Origin: Candidatus Gottesmanbacteria bacterium
GTDB lineage: Bacteria; Patescibacteriota; Microgenomatia; UBA10105; UBA927
DNA length: 64,000 nt
Direction: 5' to 3'
Assembly (NCBI GenBank): GCA_963714095.1
Contig: OY970230.1
Coordinates: 198,206-262,205, forward strand
Part shown: positions 36,578 to 46,979 of the stretch, in pieces
How positions within the stretch are numbered: the stretch's first letter is position 1
Layout of the letters: each line of letters begins with the position of its first letter
Program-made: the position numbers and the translations under genes
The notes under the pieces: generated by a model
What the model was told of the DNA's origin: nothing
Seen by the model: the letters and a program-made list of their open reading frames with translations, nothing else
The model's database searches: none

Positions 36578-37765
36578 ATGTTGCATTATACAAATACCGA
36601 AGCAAGAATGAAACATCTCAAAAGTGTACTGTATATTAATTTCGCACCGTACGATAACGCGGGAAAAATTCTGGATTATCTGCTCACGCGATATGAATAT
36701 GTTTATCATTTTTCCTTCAATTTCCATTATCTGCATAATGCGGAAAATGATAGTTCTTTGGTTATTTACAAACACCGTGTCATTATATCGAGACAATCAA
36801 TATTTCAACTCTTACCCCACCCCGGACTTATCTTTCTTCTTTTGCCGATACGATCGATTATATTTCTTCTGGAAATAATCCGTTATAGCAAAACAATAAA
36901 TAAACGGTACGGTGAAATAGATGATTATTTTACTGTTAATGCTTATACGGCATGGTGCGGCCTAATCCTTAAAAGATTACATTTTGTAAAGAGAACGATA
37001 TTCTGGGTATGGGATTATTATCCGCCGCACGATAAAAGCAAAGTTGTTACCTTTATGCGGTGGCTCTATTGGCACTTCGATAAACGAGCAACCCATTCTG
37101 ATAGGCTTATTTTTCTTAATCACCGGCTTGAAAATCTCAGAAAAAAAAATGGGATTTTACCCGCCTCGAAGCGTTACCCTATTATCGGAATCGGAACCAA
37201 TCTCATACAGATGAAACGAAAAATATCCGATTCACTCTTATTTATAGGCGTATTGAAACATAGTCAGGGGTTGGAATTACTTATACGGAATAGCGATAAA
37301 CTTCACCGCGCATATCCAAAACTGGATGTGCATATTATTGGCACCGGCCCGGAAGAAAATTATCTTAAAAGTATTGCAACACAGAGCTCTGTACCGTTTT
37401 ATTTCCATGGAATTCAGGATGTGTTTTCAACGACAGCAAAAAATATTATCAAAAAAACTTCAATCGGAATAGCACCATATAAACCAGAGGCGGGAAACGT
37501 TTCTTATTACGGTGACCCGTCCAAAATAAAAAACTATATCGGATACGGATTGCCGGTCATCACAACAAATGTCTTTGAATTTGCCAAAGAGATTCGCAAT
37601 TCTCATGCGGGCATAGTCATACAATATGATATTAATGCTTTTATCCGAGCATTAAACACAATCTATAAAACGTACGGCGAATATGCCGAAAACGCACATA
37701 ATTTGGCTAAAAAATACGACTACAGAACTAACTATGCAGATATGTTTGAGGATAATGAAGGGTAA
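36578..37765 (+). CDS. GT-B glycosyltransferase (GT4-like) with hydrophobic insert in the N-domain
   Basis: C-domain LLFIGVLKHSQGLELL ... YGDPSKIKNYIGYGLPVITT. Hydrophobic stretch LIFLLLPIRSIIFLLEII. Paralogue of 38820..39983. An alternative start lies at the ATG at 36608. Confidence 0.7.
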   Translation: MLHYTNTEARMKHLKSVLYINFAPYDNAGKILDYLLTRYEYVYHFSFNFHYLHNAENDSSLVIYKHRVIISRQSIFQLLPHPGLIFLLLPIRSIIFLLEIIRYSKTINKRYGEIDDYFTVNAYTAWCGLILKRLHFVKRTIFWVWDYYPPHDKSKVVTFMRWLYWHFDKRATHSDRLIFLNHRLENLRKKNGILPASKRYPIIGIGTNLIQMKRKISDSLLFIGVLKHSQGLELLIRNSDKLHRAYPKLDVHIIGTGPEENYLKSIATQSSVPFYFHGIQDVFSTTAKNIIKKTSIGIAPYKPEAGNVSYYGDPSKIKNYIGYGLPVITTNVFEFAKEIRNSHAGIVIQYDINAFIRALNTIYKTYGEYAENAHNLAKKYDYRTNYADMFEDNEG

Positions 37766-37773
37766 TAGAAAAC

Positions 37774-38823
37774 TCAATGTTTTCCTGCATTAAAACACAT
37801 ATCTGACAGAATCTGATCAATAGTATATGTATAATTCCACTTGGGGTAATGTCGTTTAAATTTATTTACATCAGATATATACCAAATATGATCTCCTATC
37901 CGTGGTCTATCAACATATCGAACACGAATTTTTTTGTCAAGTAATTTTTCAACTTTCCGGATTGCTTCAAGAATAGAAATACTGGCATGTCTGGATCCGC
38001 CGATATTGTAAACCTCACCGCTCCTTGGTTTCTTATATACCTCATAAAATGCTCTTATCAGATCCATTGAATGGATATTGTCGCGAACCTGTTTCCCCTT
38101 ATAACCCAGAATAGTATATTCCGTGTCTTCTTTGATGCATTTTACAAGATATGCTAAAAACCCGTGAAGTTTAACTGCGGAATGCATTGGTCCTGTAAGG
38201 CATCCGCCCCTAAACACGGTTGTTTTCAAGCCAAAATATCTTCCGTACTCCTGAACCATAAGATCAGCAGAGGTCTTTGAAACTCCAAAAATACTGTGTG
38301 TTGTATGGTCCAGACTCATCGTTTCATCAATTCCGTTATATAAGTGATGGCTGCGAGGAAGTTCCCATCGTGTTTGTTTTTCAATAAACGGCAGCAGGTT
38401 CGGGCTGTCACCATAAACTTTATTGGTTGAGGTAAATATAAATACCGCTTTCGGACAATATTTTCTGTATTGCTCTAATAAGAGAAGTGTCCCATATGCA
38501 TTAACCGAAAAATCCGTTAATGGTTCTTTTGCTGCCCAATCGTGTGACGGCTGGGCCGCCGTATGTATAATTAAATCAAAGGTATGATGAGAAAATAGAT
38601 TCCGTATTTTTATTTCATCACGTATATCAATTGTATGATGGTGATAATTACTAAATAATTTTATTAATCGTTTTTTGCTCCACGTTGTGTCACCATCTTT
38701 ACCAAAAAAATACGATCGCAGGTTATTATCTATACCATGAACGTCAAAATCTTTTGCACAAAAAAAAGCTACCGCTTCGGATCCAATAAGGCCATTCGAT
38801 CCTGTTATGAGAACTTTTTTCAT
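37774..38823 (-). CDS. NAD-dependent sugar epimerase/dehydratase (extended SDR; possibly CDP-paratose/tyvelose 2-epimerase-like)
   Basis: [18 protein letters not shown] Rossmann motif, [24 protein letters not shown] (YxxxK-type). The subfamily guess rests only on length, overall pattern and the CDP-sugar context. Confidence 0.75.
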   Translation of the reverse strand: MKKVLITGSNGLIGSEAVAFFCAKDFDVHGIDNNLRSYFFGKDGDTTWSKKRLIKLFSNYHHHTIDIRDEIKIRNLFSHHTFDLIIHTAAQPSHDWAAKEPLTDFSVNAYGTLLLLEQYRKYCPKAVFIFTSTNKVYGDSPNLLPFIEKQTRWELPRSHHLYNGIDETMSLDHTTHSIFGVSKTSADLMVQEYGRYFGLKTTVFRGGCLTGPMHSAVKLHGFLAYLVKCIKEDTEYTILGYKGKQVRDNIHSMDLIRAFYEVYKKPRSGEVYNIGGSRHASISILEAIRKVEKLLDKKIRVRYVDRPRIGDHIWYISDVNKFKRHYPKWNYTYTIDQILSDMCFNAGKH

Positions 38824-39983
38824 ACCTTCTGAAATGCTTGATCAAATAAATTATCCCAATTATAGGATTCCGCCATATGACGTGCAAGCAATCGGGCACG
38901 ACAGATTTTCTTTGAATCCTTCATAAGCGAAGTTAAGAGCGTAACCAACGCATTCTTTGTATATGGTATTACATACCCACAGCCTTTTTTAACAAGTTCT
39001 TTTGCAACGTATGGCACCTTTGTGGTGATAACGGGTATCCCTGCCAAAAGATATTGCTTTATTTTTGACTGATCAGCATAAAAGGAAAACGGATGATCAG
39101 AGGTATATAGTGCTAATCCAATGGCCGATTTTGAGAGTCGACTAATAATATATTTTTGGTCATCGGAAAATCCAAGGAAATGGACTCTCGACGTTACGCC
39201 ATACTCATGTGCAATTTTTTTTAGAGTACCTTCATAATACCCCGAACCGATAACAATCAGACAAACCTTTTTAAATCTGCCAGCAAGTTGAGGTAACGCT
39301 TCTATTGCCAGTTGTACACCCTGTTCTTTTGTTAAAAACCCAAGATATGCGATTTCAAATGGATTAAACACTGTTAAATGGCCCGCGGACCTTCGTGATA
39401 AGTGAACACCATGAGGAACCACTATTTGATGCGGAAACTTCACACCCCATCTTTGTTCCCTTGCTTTTATCATACGGGGTGTGAGATTCCATGTTGAAGT
39501 AGCATAACGAGCACATAACATCTCTAAATAATGATAAAAACGATTTACTATTTTATTCTTAAATCTAACAGGAACATAATCGATAACGTAATATATTGTT
39601 TTTTTTACAATACCTATTCGCATAAGAATAATTCCGCAAAATGCGTTAAGGTTACCGGCTCCTATAAAGTAATCGACACGCCCTTTTAAAACATAAACAG
39701 ACCAAAACAGTGTAACAAATGAATCTTTTAGATACGCAATAAATTCAGGAAGCCTCATTCGGATAAAATGACCGCGTTTTTGGAGAACACCGAATTCGTA
39801 TAACGAATACGAAGATTCTACTATTGGATTGTGTGCTGTTTGATATGGATGGCTAATGAAAAGCACTCTCAGGGCGTGCTTCTTTAATAAATAATCACGA
39901 ACTTCATGCGGTATACCATGAACAATATCATGGCAGACGACAACTGCGCTTTTTGAGGTAAAATCCATATTCATATCACTCAT
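38820..39983 (-). CDS. GT-B glycosyltransferase (GT4-like), paralogue of 36578..37765
   Basis: [35 protein letters not shown] aligns with DYFTVNAYTAWCGLILKRLHFVKRTIFWVWDYYP of the plus-strand gene. C-domain [20 protein letters not shown]. Confidence 0.7.
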   Translation of the reverse strand: MSDMNMDFTSKSAVVVCHDIVHGIPHEVRDYLLKKHALRVLFISHPYQTAHNPIVESSYSLYEFGVLQKRGHFIRMRLPEFIAYLKDSFVTLFWSVYVLKGRVDYFIGAGNLNAFCGIILMRIGIVKKTIYYVIDYVPVRFKNKIVNRFYHYLEMLCARYATSTWNLTPRMIKAREQRWGVKFPHQIVVPHGVHLSRRSAGHLTVFNPFEIAYLGFLTKEQGVQLAIEALPQLAGRFKKVCLIVIGSGYYEGTLKKIAHEYGVTSRVHFLGFSDDQKYIISRLSKSAIGLALYTSDHPFSFYADQSKIKQYLLAGIPVITTKVPYVAKELVKKGCGYVIPYTKNALVTLLTSLMKDSKKICRARLLARHMAESYNWDNLFDQAFQKV

Positions 39984-40020
39984 ACCTCGTATAATATATT
40001 TCTACCATGGTAGTCTGAAG

Positions 40021-41694
40021 TTAATATTCCTTGCTCAATTGCTCACGAACAACACCACGAATATCGTTTGATATATCCCTCACAATATGTATGTCTCCGA
40101 AATAAGATAATGCGATGATTTGGTCGGTTTTTAATAAAGAATTATGTTTAAATAGATCTATTAACGCGTGAGTGTCCGTAAAATATCCGAAACCCATACC
40201 GTTAACTTCTCGATATCCTTGTTGATTTACCCCCCACAAAAAAGCATCTTTTTGAGACAGCAATGCAGGGGACACTTTACCGCTTTTGTAGTACATGCAC
40301 ATCAGCGTATACCCTATCCCCTGTTGAAACGGTAAATGTTGATTCGGAATCAGATAAAAATTCTCCACGTTACCGGATATATAAAATATCGGGTTTTTGG
40401 GAGGCATAGGTATAATAGTTAAAACCTGTTTAATAACGGATTGGCGTTCCTCTGCAACAACAATCTGGCCTCCGACATCTCGTCTGATGAATTGTATATT
40501 CTTATACAAATATCCAAGGCAAATCAACAAAATTAAAGAAACAACGCTTCGACGTATAAACGCAGACGTTGACTTTAGCTTGCTTAAGAAAATATCCGTA
40601 TAGATACCAAGTAATATTCCCCCTCCCGCCATGCTGAAGTAAAAATATCGGGAATCCAAATAACTTGACCCTCTTATAAGGACGGCATATGGTAAAAAGC
40701 TACAAAGAATCAAAAATGTTCCAGCAAAAATTACATTCCTCTTGTCTTTCAATATAACTGCTGTAATTGCGATACCTATTAATAAAATAATCGAGACGGA
40801 AAGAAATAGCGTATCTGTATAATGAGAAATTAAACCCAACGACGGGCTTATTTTGACAACTAACGGGTAAGGAATAAATACCTGTGAAAAAGAAATAACC
40901 GGATAAAAAATTACATTCTTACTAATTTGTACAACACCACCGGAAGACTGACCGACAAAGGCACCAACTTGCGTCGATGGCTGCATGAATTGGATAATAT
41001 TGACAAAAACGATAATAGAAAAAAATAGTATTAATGGCAAAAACAGTTTGATAATTTTTCGTAATTTCAATTTCCCGCGATTGAGCAACAGAAGCAGTAC
41101 AGGCAAAAAAATAACCAGACTGATACTAAGCTCTTTCAAATAATAGGACATAATCAGGCATAATTGAGCCCAGACAACATATATATTTTTATTTTTCCGT
41201 ATATACATGACGGTCAATAAGATAGAAAACAAACTTAAAAAAGATGATGCAAGCGTAGGTGGACTCGTGGCAAACCAACTTAAGGCCTGAATTCCGTTAT
41301 ACGATGCAACAAAAAACATCCCTGCTACCCATGCGGCAATAAGATTTCCAGTGAGCAGACTGACAATCCCAAATACAAGAATTCCGTTTGCAGCGTGCAT
41401 AATGATAGAAAATAGGGCAAACGGCCATACCTGGAACGGGAAAATACGAAAAAATATGTAAAGGATTGGCACCGTCAGCGGGCGCCCAGTTCCCAATAAA
41501 AGCTGAAACCACGTTTCCCCTTTTAAGTTTCCGCTTAGACCGTTCGATAGGAACAACCCTAATCCAGCCCACTCGTCCTGTTGATAAAACGTTTTGAATA
41601 ATCCGCTGTATGCGGTGATAGTCAATACAAGGGAACACAGAGAAAAAATAATAAAAGATGTCTTTGAAAAACTAGACTGCTTCTTCATAATCAT
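40021..41694 (-). CDS. polytopic membrane protein, GT-C-like
   Basis: More than 12 hydrophobic segments. The first loop is acidic (FYQQDEWAGLGLF). Soluble C-terminal ~150 aa. Confidence 0.55.
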   Translation of the reverse strand: MIMKKQSSFSKTSFIIFSLCSLVLTITAYSGLFKTFYQQDEWAGLGLFLSNGLSGNLKGETWFQLLLGTGRPLTVPILYIFFRIFPFQVWPFALFSIIMHAANGILVFGIVSLLTGNLIAAWVAGMFFVASYNGIQALSWFATSPPTLASSFLSLFSILLTVMYIRKNKNIYVVWAQLCLIMSYYLKELSISLVIFLPVLLLLLNRGKLKLRKIIKLFLPLILFFSIIVFVNIIQFMQPSTQVGAFVGQSSGGVVQISKNVIFYPVISFSQVFIPYPLVVKISPSLGLISHYTDTLFLSVSIILLIGIAITAVILKDKRNVIFAGTFLILCSFLPYAVLIRGSSYLDSRYFYFSMAGGGILLGIYTDIFLSKLKSTSAFIRRSVVSLILLICLGYLYKNIQFIRRDVGGQIVVAEERQSVIKQVLTIIPMPPKNPIFYISGNVENFYLIPNQHLPFQQGIGYTLMCMYYKSGKVSPALLSQKDAFLWGVNQQGYREVNGMGFGYFTDTHALIDLFKHNSLLKTDQIIALSYFGDIHIVRDISNDIRGVVREQLSKEY

Positions 41695-42709
41695 ATTTTC
41701 CCGAAAGAAAAGATGCGTAATAACGGTAATTCGGATACTTCATGATCATGGGAAATAGTTGTGAGTCTGCTTTTTTCCGTATAACCCGCTGAATATAGGC
41801 ACGTTGATGCATCGTTTTCCCAATTGAACGAATATTCCACCATATTGCCCGATGAATTGCCAACCATAATGAAAATTTACCTCTGAGGAGCATATACCAT
41901 GCCATACAAAGGGACAAAAACAGGTGAAACGGAACTATTTCAAAAATCGCGGGCGTACCAAGATTCTTGGTATAGGAATTAATCCTGTTTTTAAACGAAT
42001 GAAACTGAATAAATGCGTTATTCATGGAACTGCTCGTTGCGCCCATTTTGTGGTAAATAATGGATTTATATGCATACACAATTTTATACCCCGCAAGCCA
42101 CACACGGTGACACATATCAGTTTCCTCAAAATATGCAAAATAATCAGGATCGAATATATTTCCATTAATAGATATCAGGCTCAAAACAGATTTTTTAAAC
42201 ATCATACATGCGCCTTTGGCTGTATAGAGATAAATCTGTTTATCGTATTTCGGCTGGTCTTTTTTTCCGAAACCGTAATGATACAAAAAACCCGTCGGCG
42301 TCAGAAATGCGCCCACACTATCGTATGTATCGGGCCTATCCATAAGAAGAATTTTACTTTGAGCACACGCGATTTTTTTATCGGTTTCCAATATCTCAAC
42401 TAATTCCGTGAGAAACGTTTTCGTCACCCGCGTGTCGTTATTAAGAAACAAAACATATTTCCCTTTCGATTCCCTATACCCGATGTTATTGGCATCTGAG
42501 AAACCAAGATTCTTTTTGTTTATAAGAATTTTAGTTTTGGGGTACTGTTTTTTAACCCAATCCACCGAACCGTCTTTAGAAGCGTTATCAACGAAAATTA
42601 TTTCATAATTTTTATAGTCCTGTTTCGCAAGCGAACCAAAACATTCCGGCAACCACTGTATTCCGTTCCAATTTACTATAATAATAGATACTAACTGATT
42701 GATTTTCAT
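41672..42709 (-). CDS. glycosyltransferase family 2
   Basis: VSIIIVNWNG...EIIFVDNASKDGS...LFLNNDT, with a C-terminal hydrophobic segment. Confidence 0.9.
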   Translation of the reverse strand: MKINQLVSIIIVNWNGIQWLPECFGSLAKQDYKNYEIIFVDNASKDGSVDWVKKQYPKTKILINKKNLGFSDANNIGYRESKGKYVLFLNNDTRVTKTFLTELVEILETDKKIACAQSKILLMDRPDTYDSVGAFLTPTGFLYHYGFGKKDQPKYDKQIYLYTAKGACMMFKKSVLSLISINGNIFDPDYFAYFEETDMCHRVWLAGYKIVYAYKSIIYHKMGATSSSMNNAFIQFHSFKNRINSYTKNLGTPAIFEIVPFHLFLSLCMAWYMLLRGKFSLWLAIHRAIWWNIRSIGKTMHQRAYIQRVIRKKADSQLFPMIMKYPNYRYYASFLSGKYDYEEAV

Positions 42710-42771
42710 ATAAACGGACCTGTGTTCATTTATTTCTTATTGCAAATGCTAGAATTATATACGTATCAATA

Positions 42772-43587
42772 CTATCTTTTTGTAAATACGAACAATCCGC
42801 ATCCGTAATCCGAATTTGCTAAAATACGCTGAGCTATGTGCTCTCGAAAATTTCCTTGATCATCAACACCAGATAGTTCAACAAGTTGTAAATCTTTAAA
42901 ATAATCAAGTATTTGTTGGGGAGAATGGACCCTGTGGGCATTAAAACATAAACGTGGTTTTCCTACCGGAAGAGAAAAATAGAGTTTACCATGTTTAGAA
43001 AGCACACGAACGAGTTCTTTGCATGCTTTCTTTGTCCCATAAGGATCTAAACGATCACCATATCTGCCCAACCCAATATGTTCAGCAACGTGAAGGCAAG
43101 ATAAGGAATCAATTGAGTTGTCCCTAAACGGCAAATCAAGTATATTACCCTTCTGTGAATCAAGATTATGTAATTTTGCCTGGAGTGGACGTATATCAAT
43201 AAACGTTACTTTAGTGAAAGAAGATAAATGACCAACCAAAAAAATACTTGATCCTATATCATAGTGGTGTTTTACACGGGATTCATAAATTTTTTTACTT
43301 GCCCATGTATCCTGATAAAAATAGTGCTTATCAAAATCTGTTTTTGGTGTCCGGTCATAAATCATAGGATATGTATCAAGTAATGCAAGAGGCTCCGCCC
43401 CTTTCATGGCGGCGTATCGAATCATATCGTAAACGTACCGACCATATCGGGGTATCGAAATAAATAACCTTATTGGATCGATGATAGGATTAATGCTTCG
43501 ATATATAAAGTATTCAACATCAAGACGAACGTTATGGAATTTCTTCATAGGGAGGATTGTATAGTTTTTCCATTTCGTTGTATACAA
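42772..43587 (-). CDS. SAM-dependent methyltransferase-like protein
   Basis: LDLPFRDNSIDSLSCLHVAEHIGLGRYGD ... LVRVLSKHGKLYFSLPVG resembles class I methyltransferase motifs post-I to III. An N-terminal GxGxG was not clearly seen. Confidence 0.6.
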   Translation of the reverse strand: MYTTKWKNYTILPMKKFHNVRLDVEYFIYRSINPIIDPIRLFISIPRYGRYVYDMIRYAAMKGAEPLALLDTYPMIYDRTPKTDFDKHYFYQDTWASKKIYESRVKHHYDIGSSIFLVGHLSSFTKVTFIDIRPLQAKLHNLDSQKGNILDLPFRDNSIDSLSCLHVAEHIGLGRYGDRLDPYGTKKACKELVRVLSKHGKLYFSLPVGKPRLCFNAHRVHSPQQILDYFKDLQLVELSGVDDQGNFREHIAQRILANSDYGCGLFVFTKR

Positions 43588-43593
43588 ATCCCT

Positions 43594-44421
43594 TCATAAA
43601 GTTATCCTTCCAACTAAATAGCCAATCCCCAATACTCCCATTTCGCATGACTTCATAAACAACATACCTATTCCAACGAAAGGATTTGTAAATAATAGGC
43701 GAGGTTGAGAGAAAAATAAACCAAAACGGGAATGAATACTTCCCTGCCGCCGTCCATATTGTGCATTAGATTTCTTTTTCAGATATTGCGGCACTCGTTT
43801 ACCGTAATAATATTTCTTACTCAGAGTTTTAATAAGCGATAACCGTCCTTCATTATGGAAGATATATGAGGCAATTCGTCCGATAGAGTCTTTCCCGTAT
43901 CTTTCTTTTAGTCGCTGCGGCAAATCATAGTCTTCCGGTCCTGTAAGTTCTTCATCATAACCGCCGAGTTTAATAAATATATCCTTCCGGTAAAAACGTG
44001 CCGCTTCGATCCATTCAACACCTTCGTAAAAGGATCTCTCCAATGCCTTACAGTCTGACCAAAATCCGGCACCGACCGATCGCTCGGGAATAATAACGGC
44101 AGTGTATTTATTCGTTAGCACTGTTTTAACACACTCCAGAACAATATTGGGTGATAATATCATGTCGGCGTCTACGAAAAGAAGATAGTCTCCTTTTGCC
44201 TTTTTTGCACCAAAATTACGCTGGGCAGACCGTTCCGGCCCCCTATCATAGACCAAAGCATCCAGTTCTTCCGCTATATTTTTTGTCCCGTCTGAAGATG
44301 CATTATCTACAACTATCAATTCAATGAACTGATATGATTGTTTTTGTATACTGGAAAGGCATGCGCGAATATTAGCTTCCTCATTACGCGTTGTAACAAT
44401 GACAGATACGAGTGTTTTCAT
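43594..44421 (-). CDS. glycosyltransferase family 2
   Basis: I chose the start at the ATG at 44421 (MKTLVSVIVTTRNEEANI). Also VVDNASSDGT and LFVDADM. The listed ORF extends to 44670 but that extension has no GT2 homology and overlaps the divergent gene. Confidence 0.85.
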   Translation of the reverse strand: MKTLVSVIVTTRNEEANIRACLSSIQKQSYQFIELIVVDNASSDGTKNIAEELDALVYDRGPERSAQRNFGAKKAKGDYLLFVDADMILSPNIVLECVKTVLTNKYTAVIIPERSVGAGFWSDCKALERSFYEGVEWIEAARFYRKDIFIKLGGYDEELTGPEDYDLPQRLKERYGKDSIGRIASYIFHNEGRLSLIKTLSKKYYYGKRVPQYLKKKSNAQYGRRQGSIHSRFGLFFSQPRLLFTNPFVGIGMLFMKSCEMGVLGIGYLVGRITL

Positions 44422-44500
44422 AAGTACAATTTCCTTGATTGTATCAAAAGCCGGACATTTCTTCTTGTAAGACATATAGAAGCGTCCTATACTTATCCGC
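44422..44500. promoter_or_regulatory. probable divergent promoter region
   Basis: 79-nt spacer between divergent starts at 44421 (-) and 44501 (+). Confidence 0.25.
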
Positions 44501-45010
44501 ATGAATCGTTCAGGTATTACTTTTGTCTTATTATTCATTCTATTACTGTCCCTTTGCACAACCGTACATGCCACGTCATGCCAAACGATACCAATGGAGC
44601 AAAAAATGTATCTTAAAATTATGGATCTTCGTGATAGGGCAATGATCTTTTTTCTCATGGACCCGCTCAAGAAAATTTCATATAGGCAAAAACGGGCGGA
44701 TGAACTCTATCAACAGGCTTCCCAAACTACCAATCCCTCGCTCACATATGCGGAAGCACTTCGGGCGGAAGATTCAATAACGCAACTTGTGAGTGATATT
44801 CGGTCATTACCAAATACCGAAAAAGTTGATATCGTTAGTTTAGAACAGTCAATGCGGCAGCATCAGCAAATTATTTCTTCAATGAAAACTAATTGTGATT
44901 GGAGCCTGATTAACCAGTTTATTCAAAAAAACAGATTTATTGCAAGACAACTCTATTTTGAACGATTACCGACTGATAAAAACCAGCAGTTATTTAAGGA
45001 AATCCGATAA
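44501..45010 (+). CDS. small secreted/exported hypothetical protein
   Basis: Signal-peptide-like N-terminus MNRSGITFVLLFILLLSLCTTVHA, then a predicted helical, Gln/Glu-rich 145 aa. No family recognised. Confidence 0.5.
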   Translation: MNRSGITFVLLFILLLSLCTTVHATSCQTIPMEQKMYLKIMDLRDRAMIFFLMDPLKKISYRQKRADELYQQASQTTNPSLTYAEALRAEDSITQLVSDIRSLPNTEKVDIVSLEQSMRQHQQIISSMKTNCDWSLINQFIQKNRFIARQLYFERLPTDKNQQLFKEIR

Positions 45011-46979
45011 CACGAATAGAAATATCTTTCCATTGACATGTGCCGAGATTCTGTTGAAATATCCGGATACCCTGAAGTTCCTCTCCTGCAAATTGTTCTA
45101 CTGCGCGTGAATCGGGATAGACATTTAGTTCACCGGCAAAATCCGCCGGTTGTTCAGAAAAACGATACCACGTAGTGCCGTCCGAGGAACCAAAAATATA
45201 CGCACTTGCGATAGGGTACGCACATTCGGGCTTAACAAAGTTAAACTCAATTCTTTTCACCCTGTTTTGCTTTTCCATACGCAATTCCAACAGATCAGAC
45301 GCCTTTTCCGTCACCTCAAACTTCTCATTTCTTTCATGGGTCATATCTACGCCGTGCGCAAGATGCAACGGGTCGTTTTTCCATATATACAGAAGCGGAA
45401 CACCATCAATCTGAACCGTATAAACCGGAGTGAGCATATTACGCAGAAAACGCATCCGGAAAAAATCATTGACGTTCAAACCCGGATATGTCAATTCCAT
45501 TACATATTCTCCTTGTTGCGCATAGAGGTCGGAATTCGTACCCACGAGGACTAAATCGTTCCGAAAATAGACCGTTGGAACCGCCGAAAAAATTGCGGTA
45601 CCGAGAGCTATCTTTGATCCGAGTTCGGCATGAGCATTAATCCAAAGAGCTCCCTGTTTATATGCATTTCCATACGTATTATTTGCGCCATCCAAACCAT
45701 ATTTCATGGCGCCGGGTAATCCTCCGATGAGTGCGTTATAATACACGTTTTCGTTCGGATGTAATTGAACCATTGTATAGATAATCGGTATATATCCCGA
45801 AATCGCAATCAGAATAATGATCTGCCGTATCGCCCGCCTTTTTTGCAATCGCATAACATGTTCAACTGCTACTCCACAAAGGAGTGATAAGGGGATCATA
45901 TACTCCATAATTTGACGCAGGCTGCCGCCATATAAATACTCGAGGGGAATTGTTGCCCGACCTACTGTAACAAAAATCCAAAGTAACCAAAGAAAAACCG
46001 CGCTGCTTTTACCGAAAGCATATTTCCAGCCAATAACACTCCCCGTCAAAAAAAACAGAAGCGTCGGAATTGGCATCGACGTGCATAACACTACTATGGT
46101 ATTCCAGTCTGAACAATGCACGAACCAGGGAATCGTACCAAAATAATATCCGCAGCTATTTGCGGCATTGGATACTCCCAAATAATACTGAATTACCTGG
46201 AATGTCTTCTGAATCGGCGATGACCACAATGCCGGATACGATATGAAAAACATCCCATATGCAATAATCGGAATAACGATACAGGAGGTAATAACTATCC
46301 GCCGGAGCGGTTTTTTCTCCCACCACCTCAGGGATATAAACCACGGAATGAGAATAAATACAGAAAATACTATATTGAACTTGGTCCCGAGGGATAATCC
46401 GAAAAAAATTGCCGAAACGAAAACCGGCCAATATTTTTTGTATTCAACGGCGAACCATAGAAAAAATAGCGCACCTGTATAATATGAAGCAACCAACGGA
46501 TCCTTAATATTAAAATGCTGTTCGGCAAACAACAGCGGCAACGTGATTAAGGAACACACCGAAAAAAAAGACGCTACAGGACCAAAAACCAGATATGACC
46601 AGCATCCGACTAGGACGACCATGAAGAGAGTCATAAGCAAAACATACACTTCATAGCTTTCAATATCTCCGACTAATCCAAATTTACCCCACAGAATTCT
46701 GTTTGTTGCCGCCATCAAAATGTCAGAAAGCGGCGGGTGACCAATAGTCATTTTCGTCGTCCATGCCCAATCTAACGGACTATTCTGGTAATAACTTAAC
46801 CTTTTGGATTTGAGATCAGGCTTGTCAGTTTTACCAGTTTCAAAAAATCGTAAATAGATATTTCCCCGGACCAAATGCTGATACGTGTCCCAATTTACAC
46901 CGTAATCGTAGATGGTTTTAAACGATAATACGGAAAAAACCGCGATAAGGAAGAGTGTCGGAAATATTCGCCATTTCAT
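44994..46979 (-). CDS. GT-C-like polytopic glycosyltransferase with ~170-aa C-terminal soluble domain
   Basis: I chose the start at the ATG at 46979, which forms an ATGA overlap with the stop of 46976..47680. First loop YDYGVNWDTYQHLVRGN ... GHPPLSD (ArnT/PMT-like PPL element). More than 12 TM segments. Confidence 0.62.
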   Translation of the reverse strand: MKWRIFPTLFLIAVFSVLSFKTIYDYGVNWDTYQHLVRGNIYLRFFETGKTDKPDLKSKRLSYYQNSPLDWAWTTKMTIGHPPLSDILMAATNRILWGKFGLVGDIESYEVYVLLMTLFMVVLVGCWSYLVFGPVASFFSVCSLITLPLLFAEQHFNIKDPLVASYYTGALFFLWFAVEYKKYWPVFVSAIFFGLSLGTKFNIVFSVFILIPWFISLRWWEKKPLRRIVITSCIVIPIIAYGMFFISYPALWSSPIQKTFQVIQYYLGVSNAANSCGYYFGTIPWFVHCSDWNTIVVLCTSMPIPTLLFFLTGSVIGWKYAFGKSSAVFLWLLWIFVTVGRATIPLEYLYGGSLRQIMEYMIPLSLLCGVAVEHVMRLQKRRAIRQIIILIAISGYIPIIYTMVQLHPNENVYYNALIGGLPGAMKYGLDGANNTYGNAYKQGALWINAHAELGSKIALGTAIFSAVPTVYFRNDLVLVGTNSDLYAQQGEYVMELTYPGLNVNDFFRMRFLRNMLTPVYTVQIDGVPLLYIWKNDPLHLAHGVDMTHERNEKFEVTEKASDLLELRMEKQNRVKRIEFNFVKPECAYPIASAYIFGSSDGTTWYRFSEQPADFAGELNVYPDSRAVEQFAGEELQGIRIFQQNLGTCQWKDISIRVIGFP

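Noticed and set aside
43594-44670. N-terminal extensions of listed ORFs (43594..44670, 61036..62169, 16075..16695, 26984..28726, 21133..22116, 44994..46997).
   Set aside because: In each case the extension has no homology to the family and overlaps the upstream gene. An internal ATG sits exactly at or next to the upstream stop (ATGA overlaps, verified by reading the nucleotides). I used the shorter models.
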